A stretch of 64,000 nucleotides of DNA from Bacteroidota bacterium (GTDB lineage: Bacteria; Bacteroidota; Bacteroidia; Cytophagales; Microscillaceae), in the NCBI GenBank assembly GCA_004293265.1, contig RDXZ01000022.1, positions 9,158 through 73,157 of the forward strand, in the 5' to 3' direction. Both the position numbers and the translations under genes were made by a program. The first letter of the stretch is position 1. Each line of letters starts with the position of its first letter. Shown piece after piece: positions 8,199 through 18,691 of the stretch. The notes beneath the pieces are model-generated. The model was not told the origin of the DNA. It did no database searches and saw nothing but the letters and a program-made list of their open reading frames with translations.

Positions 8199-10643
8199 AT
8201 GAAAAAAATAAATTTGCTTCTTACTATTTCTTTGTTTTTTTTGTGCAATATTTCATTTTTATCAGCACAAAACACAACAAGAACATTACAAAAAACATCT
8301 TTTGAAAACAATATTTTGACGCTTGAAACATCAGACTCAAAAATTATTATCGAACCTTATCATCAAAAAATTATCAAAGTCAATTATATTCCACAAGGAA
8401 AAAATTATGAAAATTTACCCAAAGATGATTTTAGAAATATTGATAAAACCCAAAAAGTAAATTTTAAAGATACTCCCAACGAAATTATCTATACCACCAA
8501 AAATATTACATTAAAAATTCAAAAAAAACCTTTTCAAATTGCGTATTTTGTTGATAATCAACCTGTTTTTTCTGAAAATAAAGGATATACAACCAACCAA
8601 AATTTTGATGTTTTGAGTTTTAATTTATCCAAAGACGAAAGTTTGTATGGCACAGGCTCACGTGCATTGCCTTTTGATAGACGTGGATTTAGATTAGAAT
8701 TATATAACAAAGCCCATTACGCGTATGAAGACAATGCACCTTTGATGAATTTTAATATTCCTGTCGTGATTTCTTCTCAAAATTATGGACTTTATTTTGA
8801 TAATCCACAAAAATCTTTTTTAGATTTAGGAAAAAACAATGCCAATGAATTGACTTTTGAGGCAATCGGTGGTCGAATGAGTTATTATTTTATCACAGGA
8901 AAAAATATAGAAGAAGTTACTCAAAATTATGTTTGGCTGACAGGTTATCAACCTATGCCTCCGTTGTGGGCTTTTGGAAATTTTATTTCTCGTTATGGAT
9001 ATAGAAGCGAAAAAGAAACAAGGCAAGTTGTCAATGATATGTACGACCAAGATTTTGCGGCTGATGCGGTCATTTTAGACCATTATTGGTATGGAGAAGG
9101 AGAAGTTAAAAAAAATGTAGCAATGGGTAATTTGGATTGGTATAGAGCAAAATTTCCAAACGGCGAAAAAATGGTCAAAGATTTTGAAGAAAAAGGCATC
9201 AAAACTATTTTGATAACGCAACCTTTTGTATTGACTAATTCAAAAAATTACCAAGAAGTTGCACAAAAGAAACTATTGGCAACAGACGAAAATAATAATC
9301 CTTTTGTTATTAAAAATATTTTTTGGTTTGGAGAAACAAGTTTGTTGGATATTTTTAAACCTGAAACAAAAGATTGGTTTTGGCAACAATATAAAAAACA
9401 TACATCTGCAGGCATTGGCGGTTGGTGGGGCGATTTGGGCGAGCCAGAAGTTCACCCTTCTGAAATCAAACACATCAACGGAAAAGCAGACGAAGTACAT
9501 AATTTGTACGGGCATTATTGGGCAAAAATGATTGCAGAAGGTTATCAAAAAGATTTTTCAAACCAACGATTATTTATGTTGATGCGTGCAGGTTATGCAG
9601 GCTCGCAACGATACGGGCTTATTTCGTGGTCGGGTGATGTGCATCGCGCTTGGGGAGGTTTAAAAGCACAACCAAGTTTATCGTTGAATATGGGTTTGAC
9701 AGGTTTGGCTTATATGCACTCAGATTTGGGAGGTTTTGCTAATACTAATTTTTCAAAAGAATTGTATTTGCGTTGGTTGCAATATGGTGTTTTTCAACCT
9801 ATTTTTAGACCACATTCACAAGAACAAGTTCCTTCTGAACCTATTTTTTATGCAGATGACATCAAAAATCAAGTAAGAGAAATTATAAAAATGCGTTACA
9901 AACTTACGCCTTATCTCTATACGATGGCTTGGGAAAATAGCACCAAAGGAACGCCTTTGATGCGTCCTTTGATTTTTGAAGAACCTGAAAACAAATCTTT
10001 GCAAAAAGAAGGAAATCAATATTTGTGGGGAAAAGATATTTTGGTTGCACCTATTTTGAACGAAGGACAAAAAACAATTCAAGTGTATTTTCCAAAAAAA
10101 TCAAATTGGTATCATTTGTATAATTCAAGTATGGTACCTCAAAATACAGGCTTTTTAGAAGTAAAAGTTGAAGAAAAAAATATTCCTGTGTATGTGCGTG
10201 GAGGTGCGATAATTCCGACACAAATTTTGGATTCTACACTTAGAAATATGCGTTCTTATTTGACAAATGGCATACATTTACATATTTATAATCCTTCAAA
10301 AAATCAAAAAACAGAAGGTTATTTATACATTGATGATGGAAAAACACCCAATCCACAAACGACAAAAAATTATTGTTTTTTGAAATGGAATGTCAATTTT
10401 AGAAACCAAAACGCGTCTATTCAACTCACAAAAGAAGGTATTTATAACCCCGAAAGACCAACAAATATAGGTCATTTTTATATGAGTTTTGTAGGATACG
10501 AAGTAAAATCTATTACCAAAAAAGCCGAAAAATTAGGGGCAGTTTATGATAAAGCAAATAAAATTTTGATTTTTGATTGTGATTGGACAACAAGAAAAAA
10601 AATCAATGTTAGCATTTCAAATGGCGTGATTGATTTGAAATAA
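8199..10643 (+). CDS. glycoside hydrolase family 31 (alpha-glucosidase/alpha-xylosidase-like)
   Basis: Signal peptide MKKINLLLTISLFFLCNISFLSAQ. GH31-type motifs GGWWGDLGEPE, SWSGDV and HSDLGGF. ATG at 8199 is preferred to the TTG at 8160. Confidence 0.85.
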   Translation: MKKINLLLTISLFFLCNISFLSAQNTTRTLQKTSFENNILTLETSDSKIIIEPYHQKIIKVNYIPQGKNYENLPKDDFRNIDKTQKVNFKDTPNEIIYTTKNITLKIQKKPFQIAYFVDNQPVFSENKGYTTNQNFDVLSFNLSKDESLYGTGSRALPFDRRGFRLELYNKAHYAYEDNAPLMNFNIPVVISSQNYGLYFDNPQKSFLDLGKNNANELTFEAIGGRMSYYFITGKNIEEVTQNYVWLTGYQPMPPLWAFGNFISRYGYRSEKETRQVVNDMYDQDFAADAVILDHYWYGEGEVKKNVAMGNLDWYRAKFPNGEKMVKDFEEKGIKTILITQPFVLTNSKNYQEVAQKKLLATDENNNPFVIKNIFWFGETSLLDIFKPETKDWFWQQYKKHTSAGIGGWWGDLGEPEVHPSEIKHINGKADEVHNLYGHYWAKMIAEGYQKDFSNQRLFMLMRAGYAGSQRYGLISWSGDVHRAWGGLKAQPSLSLNMGLTGLAYMHSDLGGFANTNFSKELYLRWLQYGVFQPIFRPHSQEQVPSEPIFYADDIKNQVREIIKMRYKLTPYLYTMAWENSTKGTPLMRPLIFEEPENKSLQKEGNQYLWGKDILVAPILNEGQKTIQVYFPKKSNWYHLYNSSMVPQNTGFLEVKVEEKNIPVYVRGGAIIPTQILDSTLRNMRSYLTNGIHLHIYNPSKNQKTEGYLYIDDGKTPNPQTTKNYCFLKWNVNFRNQNASIQLTKEGIYNPERPTNIGHFYMSFVGYEVKSITKKAEKLGAVYDKANKILIFDCDWTTRKKINVSISNGVIDLK

Positions 10644-10898
10644 ATTGATTTTGTTATAGAGAGTTGGTTCTACTAAGATTTATACGGATAAAATTTTATA
10701 AAAATGAAAATTCGTTTCAATTCGTAAAATCCGCGTTATTCGCGTGCATTTTACAATAGTTTTCCGTATAGACGCAGGGGAAACCAAAAAATTAAACCAA
10801 AAAAAATAAGCAAAATATTTGTATTTCTAAAAAATAATTATCACTTTTGCAACATTGTTGCATTTGTTACACGCAAAATAATATATTTAATTTTTTTT

Positions 10899-11516
10899 AT
10901 GAAATATTTTTTAAAATACGCTTTTTTAATTGCTTTGATAGCTATTACCATTTTTTCTTGTAAAAACAGAAATGAAGACCCACAACCTGTGGAAGAAAAC
11001 GAGTTAATTACTACGGTTGAACTAACTTTTACTCGATTAGATGCCAATGGCAATGTGGTTAGTCCACAAATACCAGTCGTAACTATTTGGGAAGATTTAG
11101 ACGGAACAGGAACTGGTGCGCCTGTGGTAAGTCCTGCAAGTATTATTTTGTTTAGGAATACTCGTTATAGAATTGGCGTTCGTTTTTTGGATAAAACCAA
11201 AAATCCTGTCAAAAATGTAACTGATGAAGTTTCAGGAGAAGGGACAAAACATCAAATATTTTTTATTCGTAACGCTACCGATATATTTTCTGCGTTTGCT
11301 TATGGAGATACTGATAGTGGTGGAAAACCGATAGGATTGATAGCAAATATTACTACTAATTCTACTTCTACTTCAGGTAGTTTAAGAATTGTTTTGCGAC
11401 ACGAACCCAACAAAAATGCCGCAGGAGTTAGCACAGGCAACATAACAAACGCAGGTGGCTCGACAGATGTTGATACTACTCCTGCATTTAATATCAACTT
11501 TGTGATAGCCCCTTAA
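10899..11516 (+). CDS. lipoprotein of unknown function
   Basis: Signal peptide with lipobox (TIFSC). 205-aa non-repetitive sequence. Confidence 0.6.
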   Translation: MKYFLKYAFLIALIAITIFSCKNRNEDPQPVEENELITTVELTFTRLDANGNVVSPQIPVVTIWEDLDGTGTGAPVVSPASIILFRNTRYRIGVRFLDKTKNPVKNVTDEVSGEGTKHQIFFIRNATDIFSAFAYGDTDSGGKPIGLIANITTNSTSTSGSLRIVLRHEPNKNAAGVSTGNITNAGGSTDVDTTPAFNINFVIAP

Positions 11517-11595
11517 ACATTTATTTTAGACTTCTTACAAAAATATATCTCATAAGATTTTAGATTATGGTAATAGTTTTATAAGAAGTCTAATT

Positions 11596-12246
11596 TTAAA
11601 TTTCTAAACAATTATTAATTTTATAAAAAACTGATGTACAAGTATTGTTAGCTACAATCGGCGATATTCCCCAAAAATCTATTCGTTTGAATCCTTTTTG
11701 TTGCATAAAATCTTTGGCAGGCTGATAATCCTCTCTTTCAGAGTTATCCAAAATAATGACTCCTTTTTCTGTCAAATAATCAACGGCAAACATTACACAA
11801 TCATTTCTTCTTCTTCCATCAACGACAACAATATCATATTTTGGTTTCTCAGCCATTGAAATTTCGTGTAAATAATCTTTATTTTCATTCAATTCACGAA
11901 AAACAACTTTTGTATTTTTGGGTAATTGTGGAGTTAATATTTCTATCCATTTTTGGTCATTTTCCACAGATTTTACAAAATTTACTTTTTGAGCGTACCA
12001 AATCGTAGAATTACCTGCTCCATATTCAAAAACGTTTAAATCTTTTGTCAATCGATTGTCTAAAAATTTTAAAAAACCATAATTATACCAAGCCAAAGGC
12101 TGTCCGTTTTTATCTATTGATTTTTTAGTTTGAAAACTTTTAAACCAACCATCATCTTTAAGACCGCTTTTAAGTTGTAATTGTACCATCCCTCCTATTC
12201 CTACGCCATTCAAAATTTTCCAAATTATTTTTTTTATAAATTTCAT
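11596..12246 (-). CDS. class I SAM-dependent methyltransferase
   Basis: Motif I VFEYGAGNST and post-I/II acidic residues (DIVVVDG). Confidence 0.6.
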   Translation of the reverse strand: MKFIKKIIWKILNGVGIGGMVQLQLKSGLKDDGWFKSFQTKKSIDKNGQPLAWYNYGFLKFLDNRLTKDLNVFEYGAGNSTIWYAQKVNFVKSVENDQKWIEILTPQLPKNTKVVFRELNENKDYLHEISMAEKPKYDIVVVDGRRRNDCVMFAVDYLTEKGVIILDNSEREDYQPAKDFMQQKGFKRIDFWGISPIVANNTCTSVFYKINNCLEI

Positions 12247-12339
12247 TTTTTTTTACTAATTTTTTTTGTGCAAAAGTAAGATAAAATATTTGAAGTTTAT
12301 AATTTTTTTTTTGGTTGAGGGAATAGATATTAAGAAATA

Positions 12340-13260
12340 TCATTGTTTGAGATATTTTTCAATTGTTGAATAAATTATTTTATGTTGATTTAAAACGTTG
12401 AAATGATGTGTGTTTTCTATTTTTGTTATTTGACAATCAATATTATTTTGTTTAAAATAAGAAATATTACTCATATTTTGAGATTCTGATGTAACAACAT
12501 AATCATTATTACCATTTGGAACTTCTATATCAAAAAAATTTAAAATCGTTTTAAAATTAGACATCATCGATTTTTGGGCAACAATTGAATGATATAAAAC
12601 ATCATTAGGATGTTGTTTTTGATTTAATTTTGTCAAAAAACTTTCTCTACCCGACTGAACCATTTGAGCAATTGCCAAACCTGAAATAGGTTTACCTAAC
12701 CAACTACTTAATTTTTCTATTAGTTTACTATCCGTTCCTCCCAATAATAAATTAGTTGCATAAATTGTATTTGCCCAAAAACTACCCTTATGTGGTGAGG
12801 CAATAGTTATCAAGGCACTAACTTTATGGTCATTTATATTTTCTGTTAAATATTGCCTTGCAATTAGTCCTCCCATACTATATCCAACCAACATAACTTT
12901 TTTTGTATTTGTTTTTTCAGTAACATAAGTAACAAAGTTCTTTAATTCTACAGAAAGTAAATCAATAGATGTAGTTGAATCACTGAATGAAACAGAAAAA
13001 TAGTCCATTTTTGAAAGTGTATCTCCTTTTGTCGAATTTATTTTTGAATCCTTATCAAAAACTAATTTTCCGCCATAAATCAAATTTTGTTTATCCGCTA
13101 AATAATCGGTAAACTTTTCCTGTTCCCACAAATCAGACTTATTGTTATAACCTGAAATAAGAATGATAGGAGTTTTTAGATTGCTTTTGGGGTAATCATC
13201 GACTGGGACTATGTGACAACCCTCTAAAAATATCAGCAAAATACAGTATATAAATCTCAT
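12340..13260 (-). CDS. lipoprotein alpha/beta-hydrolase (lipase/esterase, PGAP1-like); operon gene 13
   Basis: Lipobox FLEGC. Nucleophile elbow GYSMGG (GxSxG). ASPHKGS motif. 5-nt gap to the upstream gene. Confidence 0.7.
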   Translation of the reverse strand: MRFIYCILLIFLEGCHIVPVDDYPKSNLKTPIILISGYNNKSDLWEQEKFTDYLADKQNLIYGGKLVFDKDSKINSTKGDTLSKMDYFSVSFSDSTTSIDLLSVELKNFVTYVTEKTNTKKVMLVGYSMGGLIARQYLTENINDHKVSALITIASPHKGSFWANTIYATNLLLGGTDSKLIEKLSSWLGKPISGLAIAQMVQSGRESFLTKLNQKQHPNDVLYHSIVAQKSMMSNFKTILNFFDIEVPNGNNDYVVTSESQNMSNISYFKQNNIDCQITKIENTHHFNVLNQHKIIYSTIEKYLKQ

Positions 13261-13265
13261 TTTTT

Positions 13266-14108
13266 TTAATTTATTCTTGGTTTTAAAGTAATGATGGTTT
13301 TAGCTATAATTTCACCATCATATTTCATTATAAATAAATAATCGCCTTTTTTTATTTTTTTAGTCGATACAGGGATAATTTTCTTACCGTCTGAACTTTT
13401 GACAATATCAAAAGAAGTATTATTATATTTCACCTCATAATATATTTTTGAAGGCTCTATTATATGATTTGTTTCAAAAATTACTTTAAAGTGATCTATT
13501 GCATTTAATGTTTTAGGAATTGTTTTTCCATCTTTCTCAACACCTTGAATTGTAAAACTCTTAACAATAATCTTACCTTTAATTTTTTCGAGTTGCTTTT
13601 CCAATATTTCAATTTTTGCTAATAATTCAGTATTTTTATTTTTTAATTCTTGATATTGATTCTGTGTTTCTGAACTCTGGTCAGTGCTTTTTGGATTATT
13701 AGCCATAATTTTTACAATGGAATCATTGAGTATCTTTATTTTTTCTTCTTGTTTATTTTCTTGAAGTTTATGTTGTATTTTTAAAGCCAATGTTTCTTGC
13801 AAATTTTTATTACCATTTCTAATTGCCCCATCAAGTTCTAATTTTAAAGATTGTATTTTTTTTAATCTATCAATCAACAAGGTATCTTTTTCACTACTTT
13901 TTTTCTCCTCAACGCTTAGAATAGAGTCTACAACTACTATTTCTTTTTCTAATATTTTAAGTTTATCTTGTGTAGATACACCTTTAATCACATTATTATC
14001 ATTTGGTGTTTCATCTTTTTTACTACAAGATAAAAAGATAACATTTAGAAATATAATAATTACTAAAATAGTTACTAATTTTTGTGTTTTATTTTCGTTT
14101 TTCATCAA
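13266..14108 (-). CDS. lipoprotein with central coiled coil and C-terminal beta-rich domain; operon gene 12
   Basis: Lipobox FLSC. Heptad-rich E/K/L segment. 20-nt overlap with the upstream gene. Confidence 0.55.
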   Translation of the reverse strand: MMKNENKTQKLVTILVIIIFLNVIFLSCSKKDETPNDNNVIKGVSTQDKLKILEKEIVVVDSILSVEEKKSSEKDTLLIDRLKKIQSLKLELDGAIRNGNKNLQETLALKIQHKLQENKQEEKIKILNDSIVKIMANNPKSTDQSSETQNQYQELKNKNTELLAKIEILEKQLEKIKGKIIVKSFTIQGVEKDGKTIPKTLNAIDHFKVIFETNHIIEPSKIYYEVKYNNTSFDIVKSSDGKKIIPVSTKKIKKGDYLFIMKYDGEIIAKTIITLKPRIN

Positions 14109-15132
14109 TATAAATAAGTTTAATGTAGTTTTTGTTATCTTTTATAATTTTAGTTACTGAAATATAATATTTTTTGTAATATGGGATAACTGATATTGTA
14201 TTTAAGTATTCTTCAATTGTAATATCATTTTTTGGTTTGTTGTTATAAGTTAATTTAACAAATGTGTGACGGTTAGAAAATTTTTTTATAATTTCATTTC
14301 CTAACATTATTTTTTTAATTGTGTCATTTTGTTGAATGAAATTATTTATTTCATTTTCAATTAAATCTTTATCTACAATGGTACTTTTTACATCTGTTAC
14401 TTCTTTTTTAACAGTTTGTTTTTTATCTACATTAATCAAGAAATCTTTGATTATATTTTTTTTAGATTGGTTAGATTTTATTGTAAATATTTCATATTTT
14501 CTAACATTTGTTAGTTTTAAAAAAATTTCTAATTCTTTTTCTAAAAAATTATTTCTTACTAATGAAAGTAGAGCAATGTTTGAGTATTTATCCTTATTTT
14601 TCGATTTATTGTGAATATTACACGAGTCTAAATATCCATTTGCTAAGATAATAACTGAATATTTCTTATCCTTATCTATCTTATCCTCTATATTTTGATT
14701 AAAATACTCCCAAATATCACAAGAAGATATATTTAATGTATCATTTTGTTTTATATCCTCATAAACTTTATTGATATTCGTAATATATTCTTTTTCAAAC
14801 TTTATAAAACTATTTTTTCTTCTTTCTACCAAAGTATCTTTTAAATTTATTTTTATATTATACTCCAGTCCCTCTTTTATTTTTCTATTGTTTGAAACAA
14901 ATAAAAGTTCAAAACTATTCTTGGCACTAACAAATGTATTTTTTTTCACAATTTGTTTATATTCCTCAAATATATTTTTTATTATGTTTTTTTCATCTTC
15001 AATTTCAGTATCATCTTTTTGTTGAAAAGATGATAAATCAACCAAAATAATAAAATTATTATCATTTGTGCTGCAACTGCTAAAAATCACAACACAAAAG
15101 AAAAAATAAATCCATTTAAGTATTTTTTTCAT
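14089..15132 (-). CDS. lipoprotein, unknown function (possibly degenerate vWA-like); operon gene 11
   Basis: Lipobox FSSC. FIILVDLSSF resembles a degraded MIDAS strand. 17-nt overlap with the upstream gene. Confidence 0.5.
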   Translation of the reverse strand: MKKILKWIYFFFCVVIFSSCSTNDNNFIILVDLSSFQQKDDTEIEDEKNIIKNIFEEYKQIVKKNTFVSAKNSFELLFVSNNRKIKEGLEYNIKINLKDTLVERRKNSFIKFEKEYITNINKVYEDIKQNDTLNISSCDIWEYFNQNIEDKIDKDKKYSVIILANGYLDSCNIHNKSKNKDKYSNIALLSLVRNNFLEKELEIFLKLTNVRKYEIFTIKSNQSKKNIIKDFLINVDKKQTVKKEVTDVKSTIVDKDLIENEINNFIQQNDTIKKIMLGNEIIKKFSNRHTFVKLTYNNKPKNDITIEEYLNTISVIPYYKKYYISVTKIIKDNKNYIKLIYIDEKRK

Positions 15133-17482
15133 CTTCTATTGTTAAAATTATCTTTACCTTTATGTCATCAATGTAATCCAAATCAATACGTGATTCCTTT
15201 TTATATTCGTCTTGCATTTCTTTTAATCTCTTTTTTAATAAATTATTCTCTTCTTTTGGTAAAGAAAGAATACCTGTTTCTGACTTACCTCCAAAAAGAG
15301 TGCTTTTACAAGAAATTTTTATCACTTTTACACTTTCATCATTTATTTTGTTTATTTCAATTTTTGATATTTTTGAACCATTGATAAACTTATTCCATTC
15401 ATCTTTTTCAGTTTTAAAATCATCTTTTATATCTTGTAATGTAAAAAGATTATTGATTTGTGACCAGTGTCCTTTTTCAAACAATATTGGCAATGATCGT
15501 TTAAAAATATCCATTTCAATATTACTATATACCGTAGTATATTCTTCTTTCTTTTCATTTATAAAATTAAGAATACTTTGATAATCCTTTATTTCTCCTG
15601 AATCAACCCATTTTTTATAGTCATCGTGGTACTTTTTAAATTCAGTAGTAGATATACCAACGGGAAGCGAAGTAATAACAGGCAGAGGAGTGTGTACTAT
15701 TGTTTGATTATCCATATTTTCAATTGGCTCAAGTATATACTTACAACCCTCTATCATTACATGTGATATTCCAAAAAGTAACAACAACTCCAGAACAAAC
15801 AACAATATTAAAGCACCTTTAGGAATAGTCTTTGTAAATGATATAGGAATAATATAATCTTTTTTAAGTGCATCCACCGAAACTTTTAATGTAGGTTGTA
15901 TTGGATTATCACTCAATAATGTTCCGTTATACGTAAATTTTAGCTTTTGATTATTGGATAAAGTAGCATTTTCTTCTACTACCTTATTCATAGTGATACT
16001 ACCTTCTTTATTTGTAACTGGTAGATTATTACCATCTAATACTTGATACTCTATTTTTAAGTTAGGATAATAAAAATATTTATCATCAGAAGTATTTTGT
16101 TTCTCATATTTTGCATAATTACTAACAAATGATAAATGCACTTTAGATTCTGGAATGTTGTTTAATATATAATCGCTGGTCATATTATCCGAAGATGTAT
16201 GATAAAATTCTATTTTTTTATCAACTTTTAATGGTTGATTTAAAAAATTACTACTTATGTTATCTTTTATATCAATTACTTGAACATTATACCACTCATT
16301 TACACTTTTAAACATATTTATAATACCTGTTTCTATTTGATTAGATGAAATAAGATTAAATGTAATGTTATTACTTTTCGATATTGCATCAATTTTATTC
16401 CTTAAATTTGACATTGAATTTTTATCTAATCTTTTTCCTTCTTGCTGTTTTATTTTTTCATCTTGAATAAAATCACTTAAAATAGTAACAGAAATATGAC
16501 ATAAATTTTTATCCAATCCTTTTGTCATAATATCTATTTCATTTATTAGTTTTTGAAATGATGTATTCTTACCCTTTTTTATCTTAAATATATTAATTGT
16601 ATCAGAGATTTTTTTCATTATATCTGTCTTAGATGTGGTGTCAGTCTTTATATGTTGATATCTAAAAAAAATAGTTGTATCTTTATTAGTATTATCAAAA
16701 TTTTTGTAGTAACTTATTGTATCTGAAAAATAAATGACATTAAAATATGTTTTTTTATCTTTATTTTCTGGAAATAAATAGACTAATTTTTCTATTATAT
16801 TTTTATATTTTGCTGTAACTGAGTCAGGAATAGATTCGCTCTGGTCTATACAAAATAAATAAACATCTCCTGTTACTTTACTTTTTTTATTTATAAGATT
16901 GTTTATGTTTTCTTCCTTTTTATGATCAGATTGCAGAAAGTCAAAATGAGTTTTAAAGATAAAAGCATCTATATTTCCCATTTTTTCTATTTGTACTGTA
17001 TATAAAGACAATAAAAAAGTAATAGCAGAAATAATAAACAATGTAAATCTAACCCAATTTTTTCCCCAAAAGTGATACTTTATAAAATTTTCCCAAGATT
17101 TATCTTTTTTTATTTTTTTTATTTGTTCCCGAGAATAAATGATGGATAAAAGAGTAATTATTAGCACCGCTAAACCAATCAAAATACTAAATAAAATATA
17201 ATTTTGATTATTGATGTAATAAAAAGAATAAATTAAACCAGATAATGACAATAATGCTAATGGTGGAGATAATATTATTATCCAACGAGGAATACTACTA
17301 ATTTCTTGAGACTTTGACAATAAATAATATAATATTAGGCTTGATAATAATGCTAAAGCACATGAAAATATCAAAATTAATATAATTTGATACCCCAAAA
17401 AAGCAATGCTTAAAAATATGGCTAACAATAAAAGACATATTATGCCTTTAAGAAATCTATAGATTGTAATTTTTTGTTCCAT
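15116..17482 (-). CDS. polytopic membrane protein with vWA-like domain; operon gene 10
   Basis: About 5-6 N-terminal TM helices. YLFCIDQSESI carries a DxSxS MIDAS motif (nt 16832-16846). ILSDF strand. One further TM (ALILLFVLELLLLFGI), then a 220-aa C-terminal domain. Confidence 0.5.
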   Translation of the reverse strand: MEQKITIYRFLKGIICLLLLAIFLSIAFLGYQIILILIFSCALALLSSLILYYLLSKSQEISSIPRWIIILSPPLALLSLSGLIYSFYYINNQNYILFSILIGLAVLIITLLSIIYSREQIKKIKKDKSWENFIKYHFWGKNWVRFTLFIISAITFLLSLYTVQIEKMGNIDAFIFKTHFDFLQSDHKKEENINNLINKKSKVTGDVYLFCIDQSESIPDSVTAKYKNIIEKLVYLFPENKDKKTYFNVIYFSDTISYYKNFDNTNKDTTIFFRYQHIKTDTTSKTDIMKKISDTINIFKIKKGKNTSFQKLINEIDIMTKGLDKNLCHISVTILSDFIQDEKIKQQEGKRLDKNSMSNLRNKIDAISKSNNITFNLISSNQIETGIINMFKSVNEWYNVQVIDIKDNISSNFLNQPLKVDKKIEFYHTSSDNMTSDYILNNIPESKVHLSFVSNYAKYEKQNTSDDKYFYYPNLKIEYQVLDGNNLPVTNKEGSITMNKVVEENATLSNNQKLKFTYNGTLLSDNPIQPTLKVSVDALKKDYIIPISFTKTIPKGALILLFVLELLLLFGISHVMIEGCKYILEPIENMDNQTIVHTPLPVITSLPVGISTTEFKKYHDDYKKWVDSGEIKDYQSILNFINEKKEEYTTVYSNIEMDIFKRSLPILFEKGHWSQINNLFTLQDIKDDFKTEKDEWNKFINGSKISKIEINKINDESVKVIKISCKSTLFGGKSETGILSLPKEENNLLKKRLKEMQDEYKKESRIDLDYIDDIKVKIILTIEDEKNT

Positions 17483-17504
17483 TGTTGTATTGAAATTTTT
17501 TAAC

Positions 17505-18689
17505 TTATATAGTTTGTAATAATGCGCACAACTTAGTTCGCCATGTGCTAAAACTTTCTCCTACTGGCATATCAATAAAATTTCCTCTCAATAGCCAAAA
17601 TTTGTTTTGATCATCTTTAGACAACATACTTATAGATGAATTTATTTTGCCAAATAAATCAGGTATCTCTAAAAGTGTTGCTTCTAAAGCAATTTTATAC
17701 CATTCATTTTTTAGTTCTTCATATATTTTTACTGTTTGTATTTCTTCTCTCCATTCGCTTTTTAGTTCTTCATATTTTGCTTCTGGAATTTCCTCTTTCC
17801 ACTCATTTTTTGTGTACGTTTTTTCGGAAGACAAACCTATATCATTAGTATTATCATTACCTATAAAATAATCAACAATGTCTAAACCAATTTCTTTATA
17901 AAGATATGCAGGCATATTATTATTTTTTGAAAAAGGATTGACCATTATTTTTAATATTTTTACATCTTCTATTCCTTTAAAATACTTAAACATACTTGTA
18001 TCTTGTATTTTATTTTGGTTTAAGTTAATATTTTTTAATTTTTTTAATTTTTCAAGCACAGAAATATCTATAATTTGATTAGAATATAAATTAATATTTT
18101 CTAAGTTTAGGAATCTTTCTAATATTGTGATGTTTTTTATTTTATTATGTGACAAAGATAAATCTGTCAAGTTTTCAGTTCCTTCAATTGATTCTATATT
18201 TTCAATATCATTATGTTGTGCTAATAATATTTTTAAATCACAACTTACACTCAAGTTATGTATATGATTACGTGATATATTTAAAAAAACAATCTTCTTT
18301 TGTTTAGAAATTTTTATACTACGTATTTTATTACGAGAAACATCAAGATAAACTAAATCTTGCATTTTCTGTAAACAATTCATATTAGTAATTTGGTTAT
18401 TACTTACATCTAAATGGGTTAAGTTTTCCATATTTACAAATCCATCTGTGTTATTTATGTTGTTTCCAGAAATATTTAGTATTTTTAAATATGGTAAATT
18501 AAAACGAGGATTTGAAAAATTAATAATTCCTGCTTTCCCCTTTCCTCCAACATTCATTAAGTTTAAACCTATTATTTCTTGATTCTCCAAACAACTATAC
18601 GATAATGGAGTGTGTAACACTTCTCTTTCTGTTACCCTCTTTAATTTAACTGCCAATGAGTTTTCAATTATACTTATTTGATTTTCCAT
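17505..18689 (-). CDS. leucine-rich-repeat (LRR) protein, no signal peptide; operon gene 9
   Basis: About 9 consecutive 22-aa LxxLxLxxNxIxxI repeats (for example LTHLDVSNNQITNMNCLQKMQD). C-terminal EW(K/R)EEI tandem motif plus a helical domain. Confidence 0.8.
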   Translation of the reverse strand: MENQISIIENSLAVKLKRVTEREVLHTPLSYSCLENQEIIGLNLMNVGGKGKAGIINFSNPRFNLPYLKILNISGNNINNTDGFVNMENLTHLDVSNNQITNMNCLQKMQDLVYLDVSRNKIRSIKISKQKKIVFLNISRNHIHNLSVSCDLKILLAQHNDIENIESIEGTENLTDLSLSHNKIKNITILERFLNLENINLYSNQIIDISVLEKLKKLKNINLNQNKIQDTSMFKYFKGIEDVKILKIMVNPFSKNNNMPAYLYKEIGLDIVDYFIGNDNTNDIGLSSEKTYTKNEWKEEIPEAKYEELKSEWREEIQTVKIYEELKNEWYKIALEATLLEIPDLFGKINSSISMLSKDDQNKFWLLRGNFIDMPVGESFSTWRTKLCALLQTI

Positions 18690-18691
18690 TT

